From assembly GCA_000830295.1 (NCBI GenBank), contig CP010425.1:672001-736000 (forward strand): a stretch of DNA of 64,000 nt, read 5' to 3'. The notes under the pieces were generated by a model. It was not told the DNA's origin, did not search any database, and was given only the letters and a program-made list of their open reading frames with translations. Numbering within the stretch: position 1 is the first letter of the stretch; the number at the start of each line of letters is the position of its first letter. Origin of the DNA: an archaeon GW2011_AR15 (GTDB lineage: Archaea; Nanobdellota; Nanobdellia; Woesearchaeales; GW2011-AR15). A program made the position numbers and the translations under genes. Below are positions 36,647-45,861 of the stretch, piece after piece.

Positions 36647-37900
36647 TTATGCCCTCATGTATTTCCTTGGATCAGTTATCTTTCCTTCTATTGCCGTTGC
36701 AGCAGCTGCAGCAGGGCTTCCCAGATATATCTCAGCCTCTGCGCTTCCCATCCTGCCCACGAAATTCCTGTTCATTGTTGTGAATGCCTTTTCTCCCGGC
36801 GCCAATAATCCTGCGTGCCTGCCGATGCATGCCCCGCACCCGGTTACTCCGATTGTGACGCCGGCATCCTGCAGGATTTTTACAAGCCCTTTGTCTATCA
36901 TTTTCTGCAGCACATTCCTGCTTGCAGGATTTACCAGTACCCTTGTGAACCTGCTGACTTTCTTTCCTTTGATTATGTCTGCAAATATCTCGATGTCCTC
37001 ATACCTCCCGTTTGTGCATGTTCCGAGGAAAACCTCATCAATCGGAAGCCCCTCGACATCCTTCAGAGGCCTTGCATTATCAACATCGGGATGGCATGCA
37101 ACCTGGGGCTCTATCTCATCAACATTGATTTCTATCTCCCTCTCGTACCTTGGGTTTACAGGCACTATTTTTTCAAACGGTCCTTCTGCCTTTGTCTCAT
37201 TCTCCAGGAATTTTATTGTTGTGTCGTCTACCGCTATCAGCCCGCATTTTGCCCCGATTTCAGTTGACATGTTCGGGAAGATTATCCTTTCGTGCATAGG
37301 CAGCCTGTCAATGTATTCCCCTGAAAACTCAACGCTCTTGTATGTTGCGCCGTCCATCCCAAGCTTTCCGGCAACGTAGATCATGACATCCTTTGCATAG
37401 CTGCCCGGCAGGTTTTTTCCTGTCAGCTTTATGTGTATTGTCTCAGGGACCCTGAACCATGTCTTCCCTGATATCCATGCCACTCCGATCTCTGTTGAGC
37501 CGAAGCCGACCCCGAAGCAGCCGAAAGCCCCGTAGGTATTGCTGTGGCTGTCTCCTCCGATGATGATTTTCCCAGGAGTCACGAAGCCCTCTTCAATCAT
37601 GACCTGGTGGCAGATTCCCTGGTGGTAGAAATTCTTTATACTCTGCTCTTTCATGAAATCAACTATTTTCTTCTGGGTCTCGGCAGCCAGCACATTTGGG
37701 GCAGGATATGCATGGTCAAAATGGATGACAACCCTGTCCTTGTCCATGATCGGCTTCCCTATATCCCTGAACGCCTTTATTGCCAATGGTGAGGTGTTGT
37801 CATGCGTCATCATGTAATCTACATCTACCATGACTATCTCGCCTGCCTTTACAGGCCTTCCGAGCTTCCTTGAAAAAATTTCTTCTACAAGCGTTCCCAT
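36647..37900 (-). CDS. lysT: Homoaconitase large subunit
   Basis: GICHQ, DSH, GTCTNGR, GCGACIG, NRNF.GRMG. Confidence 0.9.
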   Translation of the reverse strand: MGTLVEEIFSRKLGRPVKAGEIVMVDVDYMMTHDNTSPLAIKAFRDIGKPIMDKDRVVIHFDHAYPAPNVLAAETQKKIVDFMKEQSIKNFYHQGICHQVMIEEGFVTPGKIIIGGDSHSNTYGAFGCFGVGFGSTEIGVAWISGKTWFRVPETIHIKLTGKNLPGSYAKDVMIYVAGKLGMDGATYKSVEFSGEYIDRLPMHERIIFPNMSTEIGAKCGLIAVDDTTIKFLENETKAEGPFEKIVPVNPRYEREIEINVDEIEPQVACHPDVDNARPLKDVEGLPIDEVFLGTCTNGRYEDIEIFADIIKGKKVSRFTRVLVNPASRNVLQKMIDKGLVKILQDAGVTIGVTGCGACIGRHAGLLAPGEKAFTTMNRNFVGRMGSAEAEIYLGSPAAAAATAIEGKITDPRKYMRA

Positions 37901-37901
37901 T

Positions 37902-39290
37902 TTATCCCTTTCCGTTTATGCCGTTATGCTTTTTCAGAACTATCTTTGTGCTGGTCTGCTTTATCCCAGGTATTGTCCTGAGCTCCTCTAGAAGGTTGTT
38001 GAGCTCCGCAGTGCTGATTACCTCGGCGTAGGCAGAGATATCATGCTCTCCTGTAATCTCAAAGACGCTCTGTATGTACTTGAAATTCTTTAAGTGCCTG
38101 ACAACAGAAGTCGTATACACATCTGTCTCGACCGATATCAGGATAAGCGCATTTATGTTTTTTGGTATCACTTCATTTGTCTTGCCTGTTACTCTTTCAG
38201 CTATCTCGAGTATGTCTGAATCATGGAGAATCTTCCTCTCGTCCCCGATATGCTTTATTTCCGCTACAATAAGCTTCAGCTCGTCATCGCTTACTTTTAT
38301 GCTGTAGTCGTCAAGCTTTGACTGCACTGCCCTTTTTCCTGTGTACTTGTCAACAATGATTTTCCTTTCCCTTCCTATCAGTGCAGGGTCGAATGCCTCG
38401 TATGTCTTCGGGTTCTTCAGGACCCCGTCAGTGTGCACTCCAGACTTGTGCGAGAATGCGTTCTGGCCTGTTATAGGCTTGTTGGGAGCTATGAAAAACC
38501 CTGAAACTTTTTCCACATATGATGACAGCCCCGGGAGATACCTGATTTTGTATCTTGTTTTTTTCTCAAGTATGTGATACGACATTATGACTTCTGAAAT
38601 ATCAGGAACGCCTGTCCTTTCACCGAGCCCGTTCACGGTCACGTGGATGCAGTTTGCCCCTGCCCTTATCCCTGCCATTGCGTTTGCCAATGCCAGCCCA
38701 AAATCATTGTGGCAGTGGACATCCAGCTCGCAAGGGAACAAGGAATCCTTAAGCTCCTTCACCTGGTTGTAAAATAAATGCGGCTGCATTATCCCGAGAG
38801 TGTCTGCAACGCTTATCCTGTCAGCTCCTGCCTTTATTGCAGTGTTGCATGCTTTTGCAAGGAAATTTAATTCTGTCCTTGTAGCATCCTCAGGCGTGAA
38901 CCTGACCTTCATGCCTTTTTTTCTTGCATAGGCGACATGCTCTTTTATTATCTGCAGAGCTTCTTTTCTTGTCTTTTTTACTTTTGTCTGCAGGTGGATA
39001 TCTGAGGTCGGGTATAATATCACTATCCTGTCAACCCCGCATTCCTTTGCCTTGTCAATGCCTGCTTTTGTTGCAAGCGAATGCGCCAGTATCTCAGCCT
39101 TCAGGCCAAGGGAAGCTATCTTTTTTATTGCCTCATAGACTTTCGGGGAGACGCAGGGGTCGCCCGCCTCTATCATGTCCACCCCGATTTTATCGAGAAG
39201 CCTGGCTATCTCTACTTTTTCATCAACTGTAAAATTTACGTACGGGGTCTGCTCCCCGTCCCTTAAAGTAGTATCAAGAATCCTGAGCAT
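37902..39290 (-). CDS. hcs: Homocitrate synthase with C-terminal RAM (Lrp/AsnC-type) domain
   Basis: DTTLRDGEQ, HCHNDFG, NGLGERTG, HKSGVH; VFEITGEHDI RAM motif. Confidence 0.9.
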   Translation of the reverse strand: MLRILDTTLRDGEQTPYVNFTVDEKVEIARLLDKIGVDMIEAGDPCVSPKVYEAIKKIASLGLKAEILAHSLATKAGIDKAKECGVDRIVILYPTSDIHLQTKVKKTRKEALQIIKEHVAYARKKGMKVRFTPEDATRTELNFLAKACNTAIKAGADRISVADTLGIMQPHLFYNQVKELKDSLFPCELDVHCHNDFGLALANAMAGIRAGANCIHVTVNGLGERTGVPDISEVIMSYHILEKKTRYKIRYLPGLSSYVEKVSGFFIAPNKPITGQNAFSHKSGVHTDGVLKNPKTYEAFDPALIGRERKIIVDKYTGKRAVQSKLDDYSIKVSDDELKLIVAEIKHIGDERKILHDSDILEIAERVTGKTNEVIPKNINALILISVETDVYTTSVVRHLKNFKYIQSVFEITGEHDISAYAEVISTAELNNLLEELRTIPGIKQTSTKIVLKKHNGINGKG

Positions 39291-39455
39291 CTACTCTCCC
39301 CAGTCTTCCTCTTCCTCGGGTGCAAGAACAAGCGCAACAGGATCAACAGATGCCACCTCTAAATCTGCTCCGCAGTCAGGGCAGGTAAGTATCTCCCCTT
39401 CTTCAACATCACTCGCGGTCTGCACATCTGCACCGCACTCAATACATTCAGCCAT
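39291..39455 (-). CDS. lysW: Amino-group carrier protein LysW
   Basis: CxxC..CxxC and C-terminal EDWGE; AGGAGG SD before ATG 39455. Confidence 0.97.
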   Translation of the reverse strand: MAECIECGADVQTASDVEEGEILTCPDCGADLEVASVDPVALVLAPEEEEDWGE

Positions 39456-39553
39456 TTTTACATTCTCCCTCCTATGTTTTTTCATATCGAAACATTTATA
39501 TAATATATTAACATGTTGTTATAAAATTAACATATTTCAAGGAGGAAAGTTAT

Positions 39554-40216
39554 ATGAATATTTCATACATGACGAAGAAAATACTGCAGGAGAGGCCGTT
39601 TATCCATGAGGCCCTTGAGAAAGATCTGGTCAATGTGGTTGCCCTGGCCGAGCTCATAAAGCCGGATATAGAGAAGGAGATCGGGGAAGTAAAGACTTCT
39701 GCAATCTCCATGGCAATAAGGAGATACATGGAAAAGGAGAAGAGCGCATTCTACAATAAGGTTACTTTAACCAAAAAGTCTGATCTGCTGATAAAGTCTA
39801 ATCTGTTTGAGCTGTCTGTGCTGAAATCAGCCGCCATATATAAAAAACTGATACAGCTCTACAACATAGTCAATTTTGATGTGGGCGACACGCTGAATAT
39901 AATACACGGCAATTATGAGATACTTATTGTGAGCAATGACAAGTACAAGGAGAAATTCCTTGAAGTCCTGCACGAGGAGAGCGTGAAATCAGTCAAGGAG
40001 AACATGGCTTCGATTTCAATCAAGATCCCCAAGGAATTCATTGACAAGCCGGGGTTCTATTATGCCATTGCGAAAATCCTTACAATGCAGAACATCTCAA
40101 TTGCCGACATAGTCAACACAGAGACAGAAGCCACATTCGTGGTTGAGGACCGCTTTGTTTCCAAAGCCTACAATGCGCTGAAGCAGGAGATGAGCGTGGA
40201 GTATTATAAGAAATGA
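39554..40216 (+). CDS. ACT-domain-containing putative amino-acid-sensing regulator
   Basis: N-terminal VN..ALAE..AI.MAIRRY helical domain and two ACT-like repeats (PG.Y..I...L...NISI); divergent from the lys operon. Confidence 0.75.
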   Translation: MNISYMTKKILQERPFIHEALEKDLVNVVALAELIKPDIEKEIGEVKTSAISMAIRRYMEKEKSAFYNKVTLTKKSDLLIKSNLFELSVLKSAAIYKKLIQLYNIVNFDVGDTLNIIHGNYEILIVSNDKYKEKFLEVLHEESVKSVKENMASISIKIPKEFIDKPGFYYAIAKILTMQNISIADIVNTETEATFVVEDRFVSKAYNALKQEMSVEYYKK

Positions 40217-40224
40217 ATACTTAT

Positions 40225-40950
40225 TTATTTCATATTATCTATTAAATCTTTGAGAGTAAATGCATTAAATATTATACTAAATGCAACCTGTATAATAAAC
40301 AAACTTTTTAGTTCATTACCAATAAAGTAAATGCCACCTAAATCAGCAGAATATTGAACTAAAAAAGTGAAATATACATAATCCCATAATGAAGAGATAG
40401 TGACACCAACAGGTGTAATGAAATCATTATTAGGAAACACATCAATAATATTATAGCTATAGGCAAATAGTAGAATTATAGAGAAAGATAAGAGTAAATA
40501 TGAACTAAGTAACACAATAAAACCTCTTTTAGCTTTTTTTGCTAAAAAAACATTTCTAAAGCCATATAGGATTATCCCTAAGAGTATTATGGCAGGTATA
40601 AATACAAGCAGTGAAACTGCAATTATAATTTCATTTGAAATAGCAGCTAAATAAGTTATTTCCAATAGTATTAAAAGACCAATAATAAAGAAATTATATG
40701 CTTTTGAAAAGAGATAGGATTCCCTCTTTGATGTTATTTTTATTGTGTAAATCCAATATGTTATGATTAGAGGGATAAAACTAAGAGCTTTCCAAAACTT
40801 TCCTAAATCTTTGGACCAAATAAGCCAAAAAGCAAATATACTTATGGCAAGAATTCCAAATTCTTTATTCCAAAATTCTTTTTTTAGCCCAATAAAAAAC
40901 ATATTAGCTCTCACTTTTTCCCAAAAAGATTTCTTTTTTTTCTTCGCCAT
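40225..40950 (-). CDS. Membrane protein with ion-channel-like C-terminal domain
   Basis: LWDYVYFTF pore-helix-like segment; about 6 TM; AT-rich. Confidence 0.6.
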   Translation of the reverse strand: MAKKKKKSFWEKVRANMFFIGLKKEFWNKEFGILAISIFAFWLIWSKDLGKFWKALSFIPLIITYWIYTIKITSKRESYLFSKAYNFFIIGLLILLEITYLAAISNEIIIAVSLLVFIPAIILLGIILYGFRNVFLAKKAKRGFIVLLSSYLLLSFSIILLFAYSYNIIDVFPNNDFITPVGVTISSLWDYVYFTFLVQYSADLGGIYFIGNELKSLFIIQVAFSIIFNAFTLKDLIDNMK

Positions 40951-40975
40951 GTTTATTTATTATATAACTGTGTCC

Positions 40976-41236
40976 TTAACACATTTGCCACTTTTTTTCC
41001 TGACTCTGACTTAATTTCTGGAATCCTGATTTCTCCCCGGGCATTAGAGTAAGTTTTTTTGGAGGGTCTATTGGAGATTCAGATTCTATAATCTCTTGTG
41101 CCTTCCTTATATGTCTTTCCTCGTCTTCTACAACTTCAGTAATTACAAGTTTGTAGCCGCATTCACCACAAAACCTAGATTTTTCCTTTGTTTTCTCTCC
41201 GCATTCAGGACAATATTTTGGCTTTTTCTTTCCCAT
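40976..41236 (-). CDS. Zinc-ribbon protein
   Basis: YCPECG..FCGECGYKL. Confidence 0.7.
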   Translation of the reverse strand: MGKKKPKYCPECGEKTKEKSRFCGECGYKLVITEVVEDEERHIRKAQEIIESESPIDPPKKLTLMPGEKSGFQKLSQSQEKKWQMC

Positions 41237-41238
41237 AT

Positions 41239-41835
41239 TTATTCACATTGCTCTTCTGTACGATATTCTGTTACTGTCTTATACTTGGTCACCTCTTTGA
41301 ATTTAGTGACCACTCTACTAAGTGTCTTTTTAGCTGGGAATACTTTGTGATATGAATTAAAATCTTCTCCAGCATCTATATCATACTCTTGAATGAAAGT
41401 TTTTGTTTCGCTAGGCATAATATATTGACTTGAACTGAAGCTTTTTCCCCCACTATTTAGTGTTTCAAAAGTTTGTTCAACAGTAAACAAACCAGTTTCA
41501 GAATCAACATTTCTTATTTCAACTACGCTTTTTGCCCACATATCAAAAAAACCATGGAGGGCGGTAGTCTTATATGCACTAATCTCCTCATATTTCATAT
41601 CAACATCATATTCCTCAATTGCCTGATACGGTTCTTGATCTATATACGCTTCTTGAACTTCATATGGAACCTCGACCATCTCACATTTTTGGATAGGATT
41701 TACAAGTTTTATAGAATTGCCGGTTACATCATTATCATTATTATTTAATCCTCCATTTGTAGTGCATCCTGCTAATAGAATTAAACCCAAGATAGAAACT
41801 AATAGTATATCCTTCATACGAATCCCCCCAAACAT
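41239..41835 (-). CDS. Putative lipoprotein (start possibly ATG 41817)
   Basis: Signal peptide with LLAGC lipobox; repeated VxVPY/EVTKY strands. Confidence 0.75.
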   Translation of the reverse strand: MFGGIRMKDILLVSILGLILLAGCTTNGGLNNNDNDVTGNSIKLVNPIQKCEMVEVPYEVQEAYIDQEPYQAIEEYDVDMKYEEISAYKTTALHGFFDMWAKSVVEIRNVDSETGLFTVEQTFETLNSGGKSFSSSQYIMPSETKTFIQEYDIDAGEDFNSYHKVFPAKKTLSRVVTKFKEVTKYKTVTEYRTEEQCE

Positions 41836-41912
41836 TAATGTGAGGTAAAGATAATTTACTTATATTCTTTTCCATCCAAAGCCTTTTTAACCATGCAAAA
41901 CATATACAATAT

Positions 41913-42314
41913 ATGACACTTGTAGAAGCCAGCATAACATCATGGTACAGCAGGGGAGGGGCTTTTGAGGCATACAGAATGGAATGCGAGGTCCATCACG
42001 GCTTTGGCAGCGAGATGAATTTCACTGACCCTGCCAAGATGGCGTCTGAGCTGGTATTTAACGTCAGGCTTTCTGAAGCAGCTGACCCGGTTTACAGGAT
42101 TGTTCTATGGGAAGGGCATCACCCATTGGATAAATACTTAGAGAATTGCGGCCATATAAGATATACGCAGAGACCTGAAGACGGGCTGAAAAAGACAATT
42201 GAAGCATACCTGAAAGACCCGGAGCTTATTGCAGCTGCAAAACAGAGAGCAGACAAGATATTAGACCCAGAATCGCTTAATAAGATATTTGTGTACGATG
42301 GTCTGGGCGGATAA
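41913..42314 (+). CDS. Hypothetical protein, tandem paralog A, ends DGLGG
   Basis: Clear similarity to 42397..42792. Confidence 0.8.
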   Translation: MTLVEASITSWYSRGGAFEAYRMECEVHHGFGSEMNFTDPAKMASELVFNVRLSEAADPVYRIVLWEGHHPLDKYLENCGHIRYTQRPEDGLKKTIEAYLKDPELIAAAKQRADKILDPESLNKIFVYDGLGG

Positions 42315-42396
42315 AAATAAGAATTTTCTCAACAGAAAATCTTCTATTTAAAGAGTTGGGCAAACCTTTTTATCCCTGCAAACCATACTATATGCT

Positions 42397-42792
42397 ATGG
42401 CAGATGTGAAGATAAGGATAGCTGAAGGCCGCAACAGGGACGGCAGCTTTGACTCCTACAGCCTGAGGTGCAGGATAGACGGCAAGCAGGCTACAATCAA
42501 CTACCTGACCGACATAGTGGAAATGGCCAGTGACGTCCTTTTCAAGGTCTATTTCTTAGGAGTGGAAAACCCGGAATACAGCATAAAGCTCTGGGAAGGC
42601 ACCCATCCTCTGAAGGACTGCCCGGAAAACTGCAGCCATTACAGGTATACACAGAAGCCGCAAAACGAATTAAAGGGCGGCCTTGAAAGATACCTAAATG
42701 ACCCGGAGCTCAATGCAGCCGCAAAGGCAAGGGCAGAAAGGAACGCAGCAAACCTCAAGGCAACCTACATCCATGACGGGACAGGCGGATAA
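42397..42792 (+). CDS. Hypothetical protein, tandem paralog B, ends DGTGG
   Basis: Shared LWEG.HPL...ENC.H.RYTQ.P and YL.DPEL.AAAK.RA. Confidence 0.8.
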   Translation: MADVKIRIAEGRNRDGSFDSYSLRCRIDGKQATINYLTDIVEMASDVLFKVYFLGVENPEYSIKLWEGTHPLKDCPENCSHYRYTQKPQNELKGGLERYLNDPELNAAAKARAERNAANLKATYIHDGTGG

Positions 42793-42833
42793 AAACAAAA
42801 CAATTATTAATAAAAAAATTCTATATATGCGGA

Positions 42834-43484
42834 ATGCCTGAAGAGATGGGTGTTGAGGAAGAAGTAAGACAGATAACCGAAGGCATAGAAGTTCTTGACA
42901 AAAAACTCAGGGAAGCCCCGCATGTGCTGATACAGTATGAGAAACTTCTCGACGAGGCTGATGAGATAGACCCTGTTGCAGGGTACTGGAGCGCAGAGGC
43001 AGAAGACAGGACACGCAACCAGCGTTATTTCTGGCTGGGCCAGATAAGGGAGGAGATAGCCACAAGGATACTCGGCATGGACCCTGACAACCTGAAGGCA
43101 TTGTATACACTCTATTATGTCTATGAAGCCCAGGAGTTTGACGGAAATTTCTGGATCATGGAGAGAATAGCTGAACTGGATCCTGAGCACCCGTTCGCAG
43201 ATGTTGTTGCAGACGTATACGCGGGATGCTATGAGAAGACTGCGGCAGACCTTCTCCCGGATTTGGGATTTTTGGAAAGGGCTGTAAAATTTTATAGCTT
43301 TTTCGTAAATTCAGAGGGGAAGAGGATAGAAAGATTCCAGAGCAGCCCTGGATATGTCCCTTCAGGAAGCTCCGCGAGAAAAGCCGAAGCCCTGGAGAAA
43401 TATAAGAAAAAAAGGGGGTTCTATGGCATAGAGCTCCAAGCGCTTAGCAGGGTAATCTTTGCGGAAGACCAGTATAGCCAGTAA
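42834..43484 (+). CDS. Hypothetical acidic helical protein
   Basis: 216-aa ORF with TATA upstream. Confidence 0.65.
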   Translation: MPEEMGVEEEVRQITEGIEVLDKKLREAPHVLIQYEKLLDEADEIDPVAGYWSAEAEDRTRNQRYFWLGQIREEIATRILGMDPDNLKALYTLYYVYEAQEFDGNFWIMERIAELDPEHPFADVVADVYAGCYEKTAADLLPDLGFLERAVKFYSFFVNSEGKRIERFQSSPGYVPSGSSARKAEALEKYKKKRGFYGIELQALSRVIFAEDQYSQ

Positions 43485-43739
43485 TCACTTATACTTTATC
43501 TTCAGAAATAATATTATCCCTGAAAACACGATAGTCACTGAATTGGCCATTATTATAGCAGGGTCTCTCAGCATCAGGCCATAGGTAAGCCACAGGAGTG
43601 TGCCTATTGTAAGAAGAAGATACATGTGGAGGGAAAGGTCTTTTGTGTGCCTTGTCTTTATTACCTTAAGGGCCTGCGGCAGGAAGGAGGTTGTAGTGCA
43701 GACAGCAGCGGATAATCCAATCACAGTTACCCAGTTCAT
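43485..43739 (-). CDS. SemiSWEET/PQ-loop transporter
   Basis: TTTSFLPQ..K..TKDLS..W..YG...I.AN. Confidence 0.92.
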   Translation of the reverse strand: MNWVTVIGLSAAVCTTTSFLPQALKVIKTRHTKDLSLHMYLLLTIGTLLWLTYGLMLRDPAIIMANSVTIVFSGIILFLKIKYK

Positions 43740-43817
43740 AGCCTCTCATCTAATCATGCAGTATATAAATTTTTGTTTCATTAATTTTAAATATAAATTA
43801 ATTATACTCAGCCCAAA

Positions 43818-44174
43818 ATGGCAGATTTTTATGTTGATGACATGGCTTTTCTTGAATCTCTCATGATACCGCCTTACACAAGGACGCACGGGTTTGACCC
43901 TGCCACTGCAATATACACGCGGAATAATGTGGAAGGCGCCCTGAAAGCCATGGATATCTCTCCTGTGCTGTATGATTCTGCAATAGAGCAGCTTCTCGGG
44001 AAAGGCGTGCTTGTTGAAAACGACAAGGCAGCACTCATGTCATTCGGCTACTCAGAAAAAATGGCAGGAGAGCTGAAAATACCGGGGATAATGGGATTTT
44101 CTATTACACCAAGAGCAATCATAAGATACCTCAGCGGCAAATACAATATTGACCCTGCGGAAATAAAAGAATAG
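43818..44174 (+). CDS. Hypothetical protein
   Basis: 118-aa ORF, TTTAAATA about 31 nt upstream. Confidence 0.6.
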   Translation: MADFYVDDMAFLESLMIPPYTRTHGFDPATAIYTRNNVEGALKAMDISPVLYDSAIEQLLGKGVLVENDKAALMSFGYSEKMAGELKIPGIMGFSITPRAIIRYLSGKYNIDPAEIKE

Positions 44175-44221
44175 TCTCTGCTACCATAATATTATTAATA
44201 AAGCAAATCTTCTGATATGTT

Positions 44222-44551
44222 ATGAAATGCGACTCATGCGGCAGGGAAAATACCTTTCTTTATTTTGTCGGCAAGAGCAATGTCTGCAACAAATGCATTG
44301 CAAGACAGACTGTATTCAAGGAAGTCAGGCACAGCGAGGACAGCCTGCTGAGAAAAGCGATGAGGGCATTCGGCATAAAGAGCTTTGGACAGCTGAAGGA
44401 CATAACGCCGAAGCAGGCCGAGGATCTGGAGCAGGGAAAGATAAAAGACAGGAAAGGAGAGACATTCAGGCACAAGAGCAACAGGGGAAGCGCAGTGAAA
44501 GTTGATTCAGGGGAATATATTGAAGACCAGGAAGAGCTGGATTTAGGATAA
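44222..44551 (+). CDS. Hypothetical protein with N-terminal zinc finger
   Basis: MKCDSC..VCNKC; TATA upstream. Confidence 0.65.
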   Translation: MKCDSCGRENTFLYFVGKSNVCNKCIARQTVFKEVRHSEDSLLRKAMRAFGIKSFGQLKDITPKQAEDLEQGKIKDRKGETFRHKSNRGSAVKVDSGEYIEDQEELDLG

Positions 44552-45238
44552 GGCCATGTAATACTTTCTTTTTTTCTCATCAAACTTCTCAATCGCATAC
44601 CTCAGCATTGTCCTGGGCATTCTCCCTGCATGTTTGTCAAGGAATTTCTCCTCAGCTCTCTGGTCTTTTTTGCCCACCTCCCTCAGCATCCACCCGACTG
44701 CCTTGTGTATCAGGTCATGGCTGTCATTTAGCAAAATCTCAGAAATTTTTAAAGTGTCTTTGAAATCATTTTCCCTGATAAAAGCTGCTGTCGCTATTAT
44801 TGAAATCCTCTTTTCCCACAAATCCTCTGACTTTGCCAGCCTGTACAAGACAGACCTGTCCTTATCAAGCAGATATTCTCCAAGGATCCTGTGGGATGTT
44901 AGATCAACTAGGTCCCAGTTGTTAATATTTTTTGTATTAGCCAGATAAAAGTCAGCTATCCCTTTTTTATCATCTGACTTAGTATACTTTTCAACCAGTA
45001 TCAATAACCCGACCAGCCTGTGCTCATGTATCCTGCTCTCCAGCAATTTCCTGATTTCATTTAATTCCAGTGTTCTGAATTTTTTAGCAACTTCCCTTTG
45101 CACCGGAACTTTTATACCGAGAAAAATGTCCCCTTCGCCGTACTGCCCCTTTCCTGTCTTAAAGAACCTTTGCAGCAGTTTTGCCTGCCCGGGATTCCCC
45201 AACCTCTCTAATTCCTTTTTAACTTTCTCAGATGTCAT
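44543..45238 (-). CDS. alkD: DNA alkylation repair protein (AlkD-like HEAT repeat)
   Basis: FFKTGKGQYGEGD.FLG, NNWDLVD, LW.KR, KAVGWMLRE, LRYAIE. Confidence 0.9.
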   Translation of the reverse strand: MTSEKVKKELERLGNPGQAKLLQRFFKTGKGQYGEGDIFLGIKVPVQREVAKKFRTLELNEIRKLLESRIHEHRLVGLLILVEKYTKSDDKKGIADFYLANTKNINNWDLVDLTSHRILGEYLLDKDRSVLYRLAKSEDLWEKRISIIATAAFIRENDFKDTLKISEILLNDSHDLIHKAVGWMLREVGKKDQRAEEKFLDKHAGRMPRTMLRYAIEKFDEKKRKYYMALS

Positions 45239-45828
45239 TTTCCCTTGTTCCTTCCGCGCATCTCTACTTTCTCAAGCCTCTGCAGGACTTCCCTGTAATT
45301 TTTCGCTTTTTTCCTGTATCCCTGAAGAACAAGCCCAAATGCCTTTTCAAAAACCCTGTAGTGCCTGCTTTCAAGTGCCTGCCTCAGCAGGTGAAGGTCG
45401 ACAGCCTTGTCCTCTGCCTTGTCAGAAAAAAAGCTAAGCCCGAAATCAATTATGTAAACATCTTTTTCTTTTACTATCATGTTGGATGTTGTAAGGTCGC
45501 CGTGGATTATCCCCTCATTATGCATGAGCGCAATCTTTTCACCGATCTGCATGCACAGCTTAAGATTCCTGTCAAGCACATCCCTGGCTTTTTTCCCCTC
45601 AATATGAGACATCTCAATGCTCATGCTTTTCTCATCAAGCTTCAGCAGCTCAGGGGCAAAAACATTTTTCGGAAGCTTCAGCAGGATTTTTGCTTCTCTT
45701 TTTGCCCTGGATTTCCTTAAAGTCTCATCGAGCTCTTTTATCCTGTATCTTTTTTCAGGCCTTTTTTTCACTATCTTATCCTTGTCAAGATAGATGTCTG
45801 CCTCTGCGCCCTTAGATATAAGTTTCAT
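45235..45828 (-). CDS. bud32: KEOPS kinase Bud32 (standalone)
   Basis: GAEA, HGDLTTSN, IDFGL, EDKAVDL, RGR tail. Confidence 0.93.
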   Translation of the reverse strand: MKLISKGAEADIYLDKDKIVKKRPEKRYRIKELDETLRKSRAKREAKILLKLPKNVFAPELLKLDEKSMSIEMSHIEGKKARDVLDRNLKLCMQIGEKIALMHNEGIIHGDLTTSNMIVKEKDVYIIDFGLSFFSDKAEDKAVDLHLLRQALESRHYRVFEKAFGLVLQGYRKKAKNYREVLQRLEKVEMRGRNKGK

Positions 45829-45861
45829 GGCCAAAAGTAATAAGCCGCGATATTAAAATAT

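Noticed and set aside
36657-37379. 240-aa antisense ORF (and many similar shadow ORFs)
   Set aside because: Antisense to well-supported genes such as lysT; a codon-bias artefact with no motifs
35156-39290. Leucine (leuABCD) assignment
   Set aside because: The genes are embedded between lysW and lysX, and the synthase has a RAM domain rather than the LeuA regulatory domain
39456-39485. MKKHRRENVK as a lysine leader peptide before lysW
   Set aside because: It is in frame with lysW with no stop, contains the lysW SD, and its ATG is too close to the nearest TATA-like sequence
44227-44505. Alternative-frame 92-aa ORF
   Set aside because: The overlapping frame 44222..44551 has a zinc-finger motif and proper TATA spacing
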